Assembly (NCBI RefSeq): GCF_020745735.1
Contig: NC_083403.1
Span: forward strand, 134,620,526 to 134,684,525
Direction: 5' to 3'
DNA from: Hemiscyllium ocellatum
Taxonomy: Eukaryota
Length of the DNA: 64,000 bases
This document shows positions 52,897 through 64,000 of the stretch, in pieces. The stretch's first letter is position 1, and the number at the start of each line of letters is the position of its first letter. The notes under the pieces were generated by a model. The model searched no databases, was not told where the DNA came from, and saw only the letters and a program-made list of their open reading frames with translations. The position numbers and the translations under genes are program-made.

Positions 52897-55002
52897 CTAT
52901 GTGGTTTGTTCTGTTGTGTTTTCAGTACTCCCCCCTGGATGACTGTCTTGTCCGCCATTCCGGTTTGCACCTGGGGAATGGTCAGTGACATTAGTTTGGT
53001 CACAGGAGTCTTTAAACAGGTTGAGTTGGGTCCAGTGCTTCCATGTGCCTTTTCCTTTAATATCCGTGCAGGCCCGGGTGTCCCCACTTATTACCACGTC
53101 ATATGGCCCATTCTATTTTGGGGCAAAGCCTTGTTTGTCAGGCAATGCTTGCACTACGATGCAGCTTCCTGCTGCTGGGAGCTCAGGGAAGATTTTGAGT
53201 TCCCCTGCCTTGTCCTTTTTGTCTTATTTATCAATTACAGATTTACGCATCCCTTTCAACTGGGCGCTTAATTCTATCACATACTGTCGAATTTTGTCTT
53301 TTAGTGGGCCCACATCGGTGCCACCTGTGATTATTGTCTCTGGCAATTGCATTGCTTGCCTACTTATTAATTCATATGGTGTTTGCCCAGTTGCCTGATT
53401 CGTGGTGGCTCTTAATTTCATTATTATAGCTGGCAGCACCTCAGCCCATATCTGCCTGAGGTTTGCATAGCCTTAGCTAAAGTATTTTTAAGTATTCTGT
53501 TCATTCTCTCCGCCATCCCTGAGTTCTGGGGATGATAGGGAATGTGAAATTTTTGTCTAATGCCGAGTAATTGGCAGACAGTCTTTGTGACTTTACCTGT
53601 AAAATGTGTCCCTTGGTTGGAGTCGATCTGGAGGGTACCCCCCACCTAGAAATTACCTCCTCTGCTAATATTCTGGCCGCAATGGTTGCAGTGCAGCTTT
53701 TGGTTGGGAAAGCTTCTACCCACAGGGTGAATTGGTCTATGATGACCAGGCAGTCCGTTTTCCCATGGGAGGATGGTAGTGGCCCTGCAAAATCCACCTG
53801 AAGGGTCCCCTAGATCTGGGCTGGTGACCCATCATAACTCTTATGGGTCTCCCTGGGTTATGTTGTGCACAAACCATGCATCTACGGCAGTACTTGGCCA
53901 CGTCTCTTCCCATTCCCTTCCACCACCACTCTCTCTCTCTCTCTCTCTCTCTCTACCTATACGGGAGAGCCCGTTCAAGTAGTTCAAGCAATGTGTTCTG
54001 TATACATACTGGTGCTACCACCTTGTCTATTTGCCTCAGAAACCATCCCTCCCTTTGAATGCCCCCTGCAGTTTCCATTGTGCTCTTTCTTGCTGCGGGA
54101 TGTCCTCCTGTAGCTGCTGAATTTGGATAGCGTCTTTCACTAATTCAATACTGGCTATTACAGTCTCGTTAATGGCTTCTTGCTCTAGGGCTTTCTGAGC
54201 TGCTAGGTCTGCTATCTGGTTCCTTTAAATTTTAGCCAATTTGGGTTCTCTTTTGCTGGCTCCTTTTGATGGACTTCTGTTTTTATTACAGCAGCCTCTT
54301 TTGGCTGTTCACTGGCTCGCAATAGTGCCTGAATTTTTAATTGCTGTCTGATAGGGGATCCACCCTCTTCTACTCCATGCCACCATGTAGTCATGGACTG
54401 CAGCAAAGGCATATTGACTATATATATATTCACAATTTTAATTAGTTGTACTTGTTGCTGTCAGGATTCCCTGTCTCACTAGTCCTTTCACTATCTCCAC
54501 AATTGTTTTTTCTGCTTCGGGTTTTATTGGGTATTGCTGGTGGGGCTTATTCTCTGGTCTGGGAACCCTTCTCAGGTCTATGTTAACCAGAACTGTATCT
54601 AACTTTGTCTCTGCCCATGCTCCGGGGACAGAGGTGCAGATGGCTCCGAATCCCCCCTTTTCTAGGTTCCAGTCCTGACTGGGGACTGTAGCCACTTTAA
54701 TAGTTTCAAGGTGACTTGTAAGTTTCCCAATCTCAGTCTCCCAACCGTCCTGTCTGGGCTTAGATCAATTTCCCTTTTGCACAATTGATTAGAACATTAT
54801 ATTCTTTTGTGAGATCGTTACCTATTATGGTGCCCCCATAGAATTTCATGGGGATACATATATTGTTTATTTCATCGAGGGTAGTTTCGCTTAGGTAAGC
54901 TGGTGTTTTATCCCCTCGTACCCCAGTTAAGTGAATCATTTTAATTGTGTGGGGTAAGCTTAAGTTTGTGATAGATACGGCCACTCCTGTGTCTACTAGC
55001 AT
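52897..55002 (-). pseudogene. pol: ERV pro-pol remnant: protease (LVDTG, IIGNDL), RT N-terminus (QYPIKPEA), partial RNase H, integrase (DFAGPLP, DQFTLWVEAFP, DSNQGTHFT, GPY)
   Basis: Motifs in ORFs 54760-55002, 54438-54695, 54212-54433, 53501-53797, 53424-53645, 53224-53439. Confidence 0.92.
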
Positions 55003-55030
55003 TTCACATTTCCTCCCTCCCTATTACTGC

Positions 55031-55326
55031 AGGCACGGTGGCTCAGTGGTTAGCACTGCTGCCTCACAGCACCAGGGTCCCAGGTTCGATTCCAGCCTCG
55101 GGTACCATTCTCCCCGTGTCTGTGTGGGTTTTCTCCGGGTGCTCCGGTTTCCTCCCACAATCCAAAGATGTGCAGGTTAAGTGAATTGGCCATACTAAAT
55201 TGCCCATAGTGCTAGGTGCTGGTCAGAGGGAAATGGGTCTGGGTGGGTTACTCTTCGGAGGGTTGATGTGGACTGGTTGGGCCAAAGGGCTTGTTTCCAC
55301 ACTGTAGGGAATCTACTCTAATCTAA
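55031..55326 (+). mobile_element. HE1-type V-SINE inserted at the ERV gag-pro junction
   Basis: tRNA head and V-domain. Confidence 0.88.
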
Positions 55327-55346
55327 ATTCTCCCTCTCCCTTATCC

Positions 55347-56925
55347 TCACGAATGAGGGCAGCTGGTTGTCAGCTCTGCTAACCTTGGGACTCTTGTGGT
55401 TCCACGGTGTTCTGGTAGTATTTGAGGGTGTCTGATGCTTTTCCCAGCTTCTATGTGTCCTGTTCTTTTGCAGTGGCTGCAGTATTTTACATTGTTCCCA
55501 GGTCTATCTCCTGCTCGTGGGACCCTATACACTCTAGCAAAGTGTCACTTTCGGTCACAGTTGTGGCAGGATTGTTTCATTCTATTCTCACCTCCATTTC
55601 AGTCGGCCGCTTTGTCAGGTCTTGCCTTTATTGCAGGAGCTTTTCACTCAACTGGGACATTATTACTCCCATTTTCAGGACGGCTTGGTAGACACTAAGA
55701 GAGCTCATCTTTAAAAGCTTGGATGAATGCCCTGTCCCCTCCCCCAATCTGGGTTTGCTTGCCCTGAGCATTTCTGTTGACCCTAAATAATCATTCCCCA
55801 TATTCAGAGGCTTCTTCTCCTTTAACTTGTGTAGTGGGCGGCACAGTGGTTAGCACTGCTGCCTCACAGCGACAGAGACCCGGGTTCAATTCCCGACTCA
55901 GACTGTGTGGAGTTTGCACGTTCTCCCCGTGCCTGCGTGGGTTTCCTCCGGGTGCTCCGGTTTCCTCCCACAGTCCAGAGATGTGCAGGTCAGGTGAATT
56001 GGCCATGCTAAGTTGCCCATAGTGTTATGTAAGGGGTAAATGTAGGGGTACGGGTGAGTTGCGCTTTGGCGGGTCGGTGTGGACTTGTTGGGCCGAAGGG
56101 CCTGTTTCCACACTGTAAGTAATCTAATCTTGCTGCAGTTCTTGGAAGCATTTCCTAGCACCATCTAGATTTCTTCTTTAAAGTCGGTGAAGGGGGCCTG
56201 CTGGGCATCGATCTCAGCTGTGAGGGCAATGGCACGTGTCCACCTTCCTCCCCAAAGTCTCGGGCTGCTGTGGCGTCGGGTACACCAGCTACCTGCCTCC
56301 ACTTGTCCGCTGGGCAAGCTGCGCAGACTAGCGGGTGTATGTCCCTCAGGTGTAATTGTTGCCCTCCACTATCTACCTCTTCCCAGAACCAGGTGTTTGT
56401 GCTCTGGGGCTGTAATTTGCCCAGGGAGGCCATAATTTGCTGCCTCTCCCCTGGGGTGAAGGGTTTATAATTCGCTTTGGGTTGTGATTCTGTCCCTCTT
56501 TTAGTAACAGGCACTAAGTTATATTCTTGCACAGTTCATCCAACAGAGGGAGCAGTTGGTCCCTGTTGGATGGTTTCGTAGGAGGAGAGTATGTCAATTT
56601 CTCTCTCCTCTTGTATTCTTTCTAATGTGAATTCTAGATCCTTTATCCTGCTCTCCAGCACCTTAACTTGTTCCTGGTCCTTTCTCCACCTACTTGTGGT
56701 GGCACTCATTTGTTCAATTAGGCTGGCTAATTGATATGCTAATGTTACCCCTATCTTTTTAGTTTTATTCCGTTTCTGTTTATCTATCCAAACTCTCTGT
56801 TGTGCTAATGTCTGGGATGGGTGTCAACCACTTTTCTTCATTTGCTCTGTCAACCCTTGTCTGTCTGCCTTGTATTTCTCAATAATGGAACCTGCAGTAT
56901 TCCCTTTAAAACTTTGATCTGCTAT
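55347..56925 (-). pseudogene. gag: ERV gag remnant (coiled-coil N-terminus, CSHCKRTGH zinc knuckle), split by a SINE
   Basis: Position after the leader; CX2CX4H motif at ~55450-55485; stops and frameshifts; likely start mutated to ATA. Confidence 0.7.
55834..56130 (+). mobile_element. HE1-type V-SINE inserted in ERV gag
   Basis: Young subfamily sequence. Confidence 0.9.
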
Positions 56926-57850
56926 TTAGCAGATTGTGTACCTCTGGTGTACCACCAACAGTAAAGTGTTCCTAACCAGTGGGAGTGTCTCTACCCCCGG
57001 CCAATAATACTGTCCCAGCACCGTCCGTACAGCCATAGCAGCCTCCTAGCAAGGTGTGCTCTGTACCAGTGGGACTTCCCTCCCATCCCAGCCACCACTA
57101 CGAGTCAGTATCTACTGGTCGGCTGGGAATGCTGGCTCAGTAGGGTGTGCTCTCTACCAGTGGGACTTCTGTACCCTCTCGGCCACATATACTGACCCAA
57201 CTCCTACTGATAGGCCCAGAAACCTACCTCTAGCCCAGTGTGCTCTCTACCGGTGGGACTCTTTGCCCTCCCGGCCACCGCCACTATTCAAGCTCAGTCG
57301 TTCTACTAATGGACTGACAGAGTATCATGGTAACTCACAGTGTCCACGCTCCCCATCTCGGTAACGTGCGCTCCACTGAGGTTTGGTTCTTGGTCAGAGT
57401 GATCACGTCCTCTTCCTCACCACACTGGAAATTACAAGTACAAACAGCACCCAACTTTTAACTTGAACTCTAACTGGACTCTCCGTTGTTTGCCCCTACA
57501 GAGTCCAATGTTACCTGACTTTGCCACTTGTGCTTAATAGCTTCTAGTGCCCTTGGCACCTCAATTCCCACTTCAAATCCCAATCTTCATGTGGGGGCTA
57601 TCCCTCTTAACAACCAGTTTAGGGCAGGGTTTTTGAGACAGGCACTACCTTGTCCTCTGGCTGTTTCAGCACAATCAGCAGGATCTTACAGTAGTTAGTA
57701 CAGTTAAATACTTATTCTCCACAGACATGCACTTAAAATGGTTAATTCAGTACTGTAGCAAATCAGACATTACAATCAGTATACCGGTCTGACTCTTCCC
57801 ATTTGCAGGCCCCCCGATTGTGGCTTTCAACCAGGGCACCAGTAATAAGA

Positions 57851-57868
57851 GCCCTCCTTACTGCATCA
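57851..57868 (-). other. Degenerate primer-binding site, best guess tRNA-Ser(UGA)
   Basis: TGATGCAGTAAGGAGGGC 2 nt after the 5' LTR vs TGGCGCAGCGAGCAGGGT (recalled); 12/18 match, three mismatches at CpG positions. Confidence 0.4.
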
Positions 57869-57870
57869 AT

Positions 57871-58599
57871 TGTTATGGGGAAAATCACCAGTCTCAGAGT
57901 CAGAGTTGGGGTTCAGCAACAGAGTTTATCGTACAAGGAAATACAGGAGATCCGGGAAGAGAAAGACACCAACAGCACAGTGGTCAGCTGCGATTTTTCT
58001 CCTGACCCAGAGGACATGTCAAGATACTTTTATACATTTTGTGATACAATAGGTTAGTGATGTGATTATTGTCTTTGTAACATGATTTGTTTATAGTAAT
58101 CATTGCAGAATCGATGATAGTTTTGATACACTCATTGTCAGTTCCAGCGCAGCCTTTGTTAATTTCAGCACGGTTTGTTGTTAGTTTCAATGCAGACGTT
58201 GTCAGTTTCAGTGTCTGTACTGAAATCCATTGCTGCAGTAATGGGCGCTAGTCACTCTTCCTGAGAAGGATGATTACTGCAGCCCTGGCTATTAGCACTT
58301 TGTATTGAGTCCATATCAAGCTGTTAACATTTCTGTGAATGGTGTTGGCTGGCCCCAGACACTTCGATGGGCAGTGTAGGTTACTCACGTGTATTCTCTC
58401 CCCCATCCACCTTAAACTAATCAATCAACTAGGTTGTGAGTGCATTGTGCTAGCATTCTGGAGGTCCCAGGCAGTGTCAGTGTTTGCTCTGCTGTCTCTT
58501 TCCATATTGTGGTCTGGTGGCCATCTTATGTGTCAAGTGGCCAACTGATGGCTCAGCGGCCATCTAATATCACCCTGCACCGTGCCATCTCCTACTTCA
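57871..58599 (-). repeat. ERV 5' LTR (729 bp)
   Basis: Direct repeat of 50612-51336; minus-strand ends TGAAGT...ATAACA. Confidence 0.95.
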
Positions 58600-59010
58600 A
58601 CATTATCAATGAGGATGAGCACCTCTCCAATACCTTCCCCACGCCTTCACTTATTGCCTTTAAGCCAATGCCAAACCTCAAACAGATCATTGTTCGCAAC
58701 AAGCTGCCCGGCTTTCAGGACAACACCATACAGCCTTGTCATGGTAGACACTACAAGACGTATCAGAGCATTGACATGGATACCACCATTACATGTGGGG
58801 ATGCCTCCCACCATGTACGTGGCAAGTACTCATGTAACTCGGCCAACGTTGTCTATCTCATAAGCTGCAGCCAAGGATGCCCTGAGGCATGGTACATTGG
58901 TGAGATAGCGTAGAGGCAACAGCAACGGATGAATGGACACCGCGCAACAATCACCAGACAGGTGTTCCCTCCCATTCGGAGAATCGCTATCTATCTCTAT
59001 CTCTCTCTTT

Positions 59011-59019
59011 CCTCCCCCG

Positions 59020-59065
<46 letters not shown>

Positions 59066-59072
59066 ACATACA
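59011..59072 (+). repeat. Poly-C tract followed by (CA)n
   Basis: Seen directly. Confidence 0.9.
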
Positions 59073-59453
59073 CGCCCTCTCACGCATGCTCATACCACCC
59101 TACCCCTCCCCCAAGATTACATGTTATTTTGCTCAAGAACTGCATGAATCCATGTAAGATTCTGTAAATCCTTTTTGTTGAAATAGAATCAGGCAGAACA
59201 TTGGGGAACATAGCCTCATGCCTTCAATGCATTATTTGAGGTGACATGGTACCTATTGCTAAAGTTCACTTGAGAATGTAACTGTAAGAAAGTTCTGGGA
59301 TTTACATGTGAAAGAACTGAAACCAACATAGTCATTCTAAAAGATGAGAGACTTCACAAACAATCCAGGTCTTTTTAAATATATAATTGCAGTTGCATCA
59401 CACTGTAAACTTTTGCTATAAATTCTGTATCTCACGATCTTACACTTCACAAC

Positions 59454-59488
59454 TACCTGATGAAGGAGTAGCGCTCCGAAAGCTAGTG
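59454..59488 (+). ncRNA. Minimal hammerhead motif in the Penelope terminal repeat
   Basis: tacCTGATGAaggagtagcgctccGAAAgctagtg. Confidence 0.7.
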
Positions 59489-59544
59489 CTTTCAAATAAA
59501 CCTGTTGGACTATAACCTGGTATTGTGTGATTTTTAACTTTTTG

Positions 59545-60780
59545 TGATCCCTTTTAGCCCTTCTCATTCCTTGTTTAAGTTCTTTCTTACTTCTCTTATT
59601 TACTTAAAGAGCTTCATCAGTTCCCATCCTCTTATACCTTATGTATGCTTCCTTTTCTTTCTGACCAACATCATAACATCCCTGATCATCCAAGGTTCAT
59701 GTAACTTGCCATACCTATCCTTCATTCTCGCAGGAATGTGCTGCTCCTGAACGCTTATCAACTGCCGTTTGAAATACTCCCACATATCTGATGTAGATTT
59801 ATCCTCAAATAGCTGCCTCCAAACAGCATTCTGCAGTTTCTGCCTAATATTGTTGTAGCTTGCTTTCCCCCAATTTAACACCTTCACCTGAGGAATGCTG
59901 TCCTATCTCTATCCATGAGTATCTTAATGGTATTATGGTCACTACTCCCCCACTGAAACTTTACTCACCTGACCAGGCTCATTTCCTAAAACCAGGTCCA
60001 GTATAACCCCTTCCCTGGTTGGACTGTTTACATATTCAAGAAACCTTCCTAAATGGTCCTAACAAATTCAGCTCCCTCCAAGCCCCTATCACGTAGCGCG
60101 TCCCAGTCAATTTGAGGAAGTTAACATTACCCATCACAATAACCCTGCTGGCACTGGTAGTAATCCTGAGATAATTACCTTTGAGGTCCTACATTTCAAC
60201 TTTCTTCCCAGTTCCCTATATTCTGCTTTTAGGATCTCATCCCTTTTTTACCTATATCATTTGAACCAATGTGTACCATGACCACTGACTCTTCACTCCC
60301 CCCCCACCCCCACCCCTTAGAATGTCCTGAGACCGCTCCAAGACCATAGCATCAGGGATGAAAATGTGTTGCTGGAAAAGCGCAGCAGGTCAGGCAGCAT
60401 CCAAGGAGAAGGAGAATCGACGTTTCGGGCATGAGTCCTTCTTCAGGAAGAACCCATGCCCAAAACGTCGATTCTCCTTCTCCTTGGATGCTGCCTGACC
60501 TGCTGCGCTTTTCCAGCAACACATTTTTAGCTCTGATCTCCAGCATCTGCAGTCCTCACTTTCTCCATAGTATCAGGGAGGCAACACGCCATCGTGGACT
60601 CTTATTTGCGGCCACGGAAATGCATACCTATTCCCCTTACAATTTAATCCTCTATAACTAGAGCATTTTCATGCCTATCTCTCCTTCTGCAGCAGAACCA
60701 ACCATGGTGTCATGAATTTGGCTGTTGCTGTTATCTCCTGAGAGACCATTTCTCTCAGCAGTATCCAAAACAGATACATG
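59545..60780 (-). mobile_element. CR1 fragment (endonuclease-linker region)
   Basis: KVLNWGKASYNNIRQKL, homologous to 30830-31201. Confidence 0.7.
60359..60565. mobile_element. Palindromic Penelope-derived element, TSD catag(c/t)atcaggga
   Basis: Inverted arms; TSD 60345-60358 / 60566-60579. Confidence 0.8.
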
Positions 60781-60858
60781 TGATTACCAAAGCCCGTTAG
60801 GGAAGGAAATTGTCATCAATACCTCGTCATGCGTACACATGATTCCAAACATACAAAG

Positions 60859-61033
60859 TCAATAGTGTGGTGCTGGAAAAGCACAGCAGGTCAGGCAGCA
60901 TCCAAGGAGCGGGAGAATCAATGTTTCCTGATGAAGAGCTTGTGCCTGCTCCTCGGATGCGCCTGATCTGCTGTGCTTTTCCAGCACCCTACTCTTGACT
61001 CTGATCTCCAGCATCTGCAGTCCTCACTTTCTC
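60859..61033. mobile_element. Palindromic Penelope-derived element, TSD caaa(ca/tg)tacaaag
   Basis: Inverted arms; TSD 60846-60858 / 61034-61046. Confidence 0.75.
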
Positions 61034-61560
61034 CAAATGTACAAAGGAAAATGTGGTTGACACTTATTTGGGCAATTAGAGAAGCTTAATAAATGTTGGC
61101 CCAGCCAGTGACACCCACATCTGCTGAAGGAATAAAACAAAAGCTCTAAAATCTTTAAATTGATTTTTGTTAAATCAATTAATGAGCTTGATTGTTTTCT
61201 TCTGGACCTAAGTCCATTTCAAAGAATTGAGGTTTGGAAACATTCATCAGACGATTATGGTTGAGTTGTGTAAGATAGTAGTCGATACTTAGACTTTGAT
61301 TTCATCATAACACGACTCCCCAGTATGCTTGACATCATCATCAATATATACATTGGGGAATGATTTTTATTATGAGTAAAAAGTGAATCAAAATAAGTTT
61401 TTTTCCGAAATTGAAGAGAATTATTTTATTAATCCACTTACTGGAAAAATGTGGGAATTTGTCATGGAATTTAGATATGAAATATGAAAATTGTTTTACT
61501 GATCTTTAAATTTTTGACCACCAAGTTACATCTGCATTTCAAAATGTTATTTCTCATTAA

Positions 61561-61763
61561 GTTTAAAAATCACACAACACCAGTTAATAGTCCAACAGGT
61601 TTAATTGAAAGTACCAGCTTTCAGAGTGCCGCTCCTTTCACCAGATGGTTGTGGAGCAGCACTCTGAAAGCCAGTGCTTCCACTTAAACCTGTTGGACTA
61701 TTAACTGGTGTTTTGTGATTTTTAACTTTATACACCCCAGTCCAACACCAGCATCTCCAAATC
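61561..61763. mobile_element. Palindromic Penelope-derived element, TSD atttctcattaa
   Basis: Inverted arms; TSD 61549-61560 / 61764-61775. Confidence 0.8.
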
Positions 61764-62939
61764 ATTTCTCATTAAACTTTTTGCAGTTTGTTTATAAGTT
61801 TTGCTCTTTAACAAACTTAACTGAATTAAAGTGGGTGACATGATCACTTACTGTATCACTGACCCCATCAGTGCGCACACACCTTTGTTTAGAAAACTAA
61901 AAGTGACAAAAGCGAGTGACCCTTAAACAATTACAGAGCTTACCACAAACAATGTATAATGCAGTGCTGACCTGCATACAAACCATTGACCTGTATGTAA
62001 ATAAGTAGTGTGTACAAATGTATGTGGAAGATAGCACGTTGGACCCATGGGGGATTAGCTACTTTTTGTATTTGCTACTGGTAAAGGTCACTCATTCAAA
62101 TCCCAATTGCGTACAGAATTACATTGAATTTAGAACACAGAAACCAGTTCTTCTGCCCAACTGGCCTGTGCACCACATAAAATACATCACGTGTGGCAGC
62201 AAGTTCCAGATCCTAACTACAGTCTGGATAAATGAACTGGTCTCTCCAATATCTTGTTAAATTGATCAACAATCTCTCACGTTGGACTTTTCCTCAGAAC
62301 AATGGCTTGGGGAGATCAAGCTGCCTCAGAGTTTATGGATTGCCCTTCACTCCATCCAGAAACATAGGAACAGAAGAAGGCTATTCAGCCCCTCGAGCTG
62401 TTCCACCAATTACAGTAATGAGATCATGGCTGATCTGTAGCCCAACTGCATCTACCTGTCTTTGGCTCATAATCCTTAATACCTTTGCTTAACCAAAAAA
62501 ATCTATCTCAGATTTAAAATTAACAACTGATTTACATTCAGTTGCTGTTTGCAGAAGTAAGTTCCAAACTTTTATCACCCTTTGCGTGTAGAACTGCTAA
62601 GTAACATCTCTCCTGAACTAAAACCCTTGCTCAGTCTTAAAGAAAGCTTCATTGTGTAAGTTATTTTTTTCCACAGCCCCGAACAGAATACAAAGTAGAG
62701 TGTGCACAGGTCAGGGACAATTCTATGAATGGTGTTATTGCTAATCACTCTGTACAGATCCACCTCAGCTAGGACACGAACTCCGAGGAAGGGTCTCGGG
62801 CACTGCACAGTTTTAAAAGCTTGCGGTTCCAAATAAACCTGTTGGACTAGAATCCGGTGTCGTGTGATTTTTGAGTTTGCCTACCCCGGCACCTCCGCAT
62901 CTTAAATGCCCGTGTTTGGGCTTTATACTTACGGCTCAC

Positions 62940-63289
62940 TCCTCGATTGGTTGTGCTCCTTTAAAAAGATGTGCTCTTTTTTTCGGCTTCCTGGTCAACG
63001 TCACAGGGGCTTATCTGCTCCTTTTGGGTTGACTGGGAAAAAGGCATGGCCTTTTGGTTTCAGTCTCAGGGCAGAGTCCCCGGGTTGAGCTGGCATTCGG
63101 CTGAGCCCAGGGCGATTGGAATGCAGCAGCGTGCCCTCTGAAATATGAAAGAGTGTGTCAGTTAAAGTCAGTGAGAGGGGAGGGGGGGATTTAATGAGCC
63201 TTTGGAGGATTGGAGGCTGTGTTGACAAGTCCATTGGGAAGCTGTTCACGCCAGCAGCGGGACAGAGCGCCGCACTTAGAGCGGTAAGA
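62940..63289 (+). promoter_or_regulatory. Possible promoter and non-coding first exon of a divergent plus-strand gene
   Basis: ATTGG 62946, TTTAAAAA 62960, CpG-enriched non-repeat sequence, donor GCG|gtaaga at 63284. Confidence 0.3.
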
Positions 63290-64000
63290 AACGTACTGAG
63301 TACATATTTATATGATCATGTCGAGTTGAAGGGCGCGATAAGAAAATGCTTTCGACACAATCACTTCTTTATTTCGAAAACGATCTGAAAAGCACAGGAA
63401 TGACGTTTGCCCAGTGTTTTAAGATAGCGAATGCAAAGAATCGGCCAGAGCTGGGAAGTGATTGATTGATTTAAAGCAAACCAGCAGAGTTAATACACGG
63501 GGGTGGGAAGCTACCGACTGAGTTTGGGTCCCGCCTGGTGTTGAGAGAGAGTGAAGAGAAAAGGATTTCACCAGAGACTCCGCTTCATGTCTTCAGAACC
63601 CCCTTCTGGTTGTGATTCAGCGACACAAAGAGCGTAGGAAGCTGAGGCTAATTCTTAGAATGAGTATGAAGTAGCTGGAATATGGATTTCTAGGCTGAAG
63701 GTTATGCTAGCCGCTCTCCCAGCCCCACTACTCCAAGCAATGGTTTAAAGGGAATGTGTTTCCCCTGAGATTTTTATCCGCGACATTTTCAACTCCAGGT
63801 TTTCAATGTTCAATGAAAATTTGTTTAATTTGTGTTGCTTGCCGAGTGATTAAGTGAGGAGGAGGCGGTGGTGACGGCAGCAACAATTGAACCCGTAGCA
63901 TTTGCAAAACGAATCGGATAAAATCAGTGACAACGGGCTTTGTTATTATTGACAGAATTCAACATCGGGCTAGTTCAATAACAAAATGGGCGAGAGGCCC

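Larger units (their letters stand above)
50612..58599 (-). mobile_element. Endogenous retrovirus, decayed provirus LTR-gag-pro-deltaRT-RNaseH-IN-env-LTR
   Basis: Paired LTRs with TG...CA ends, 4-bp TSD ACAT (50608-50611 / 58600-58603), PPT, retroviral protein motifs on the minus strand. Confidence 0.95.
49918..59541 (+). mobile_element. Penelope-like element (GIY-YIG endonuclease fragment) with inverted terminal repeats, interrupted by the ERV
   Basis: ORF rejoins across the ERV (SLQHI|INEDEHL...NVVYLISC...WYIGE); ~49918-50360 is the reverse complement of ~59115-59541. Confidence 0.85.

Noticed and set aside
51590-56925. Several likely TGG to TGA/TAG/TAA changes and ATG to ATA in the ERV, suggesting deaminase hypermutation
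   Set aside because: Too few sites, no consensus to polarise them, and the LTR divergence implies enough age for neutral decay
56960-57290. Regularly spaced repeats as a CRISPR-like array
   Set aside because: Vertebrate ERV leader, degenerate repeats, no cas genes

Overview
Repeat-rich vertebrate genomic DNA, almost certainly from a shark or other elasmobranch, judged from HE1-type V-SINEs and HER1/CR1 LINEs. Two protein-coding genes lie on the minus strand in the same order as on human chr6p12: ANKRD66 (3 coding exons, 49609-43955, 209 aa) and MEP1A/meprin alpha (coding exons 1-12, 34549-7191). I could not find the MEP1A EGF/TM exons in the window. Upstream of ANKRD66 is a decayed provirus (50612-58599, minus strand) with two ~725-bp LTRs, an ACAT target-site duplication, a PPT, a degenerate tRNA-Ser-like PBS and gag-pro-(RT deleted)-RNaseH-IN-env. 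Its env TM subunit aligns without gaps to filovirus GP2 (Cys-bounded internal fusion loop, LxCGL..LxNxT, NIT sequon); this is the most striking observation. The provirus is nested in a Penelope-like (GIY-YIG) element with inverted terminal repeats. The window also holds many short, often palindromic Penelope-derived insertions carrying minimal hammerhead ribozyme cores with 12-14-bp TSDs, two solo LTRs, a ~1-kb G-rich minisatellite in ANKRD66 intron 1, and a perfect estrogen response element. All comparisons to known proteins and motifs are by eye from memory, not database searches.
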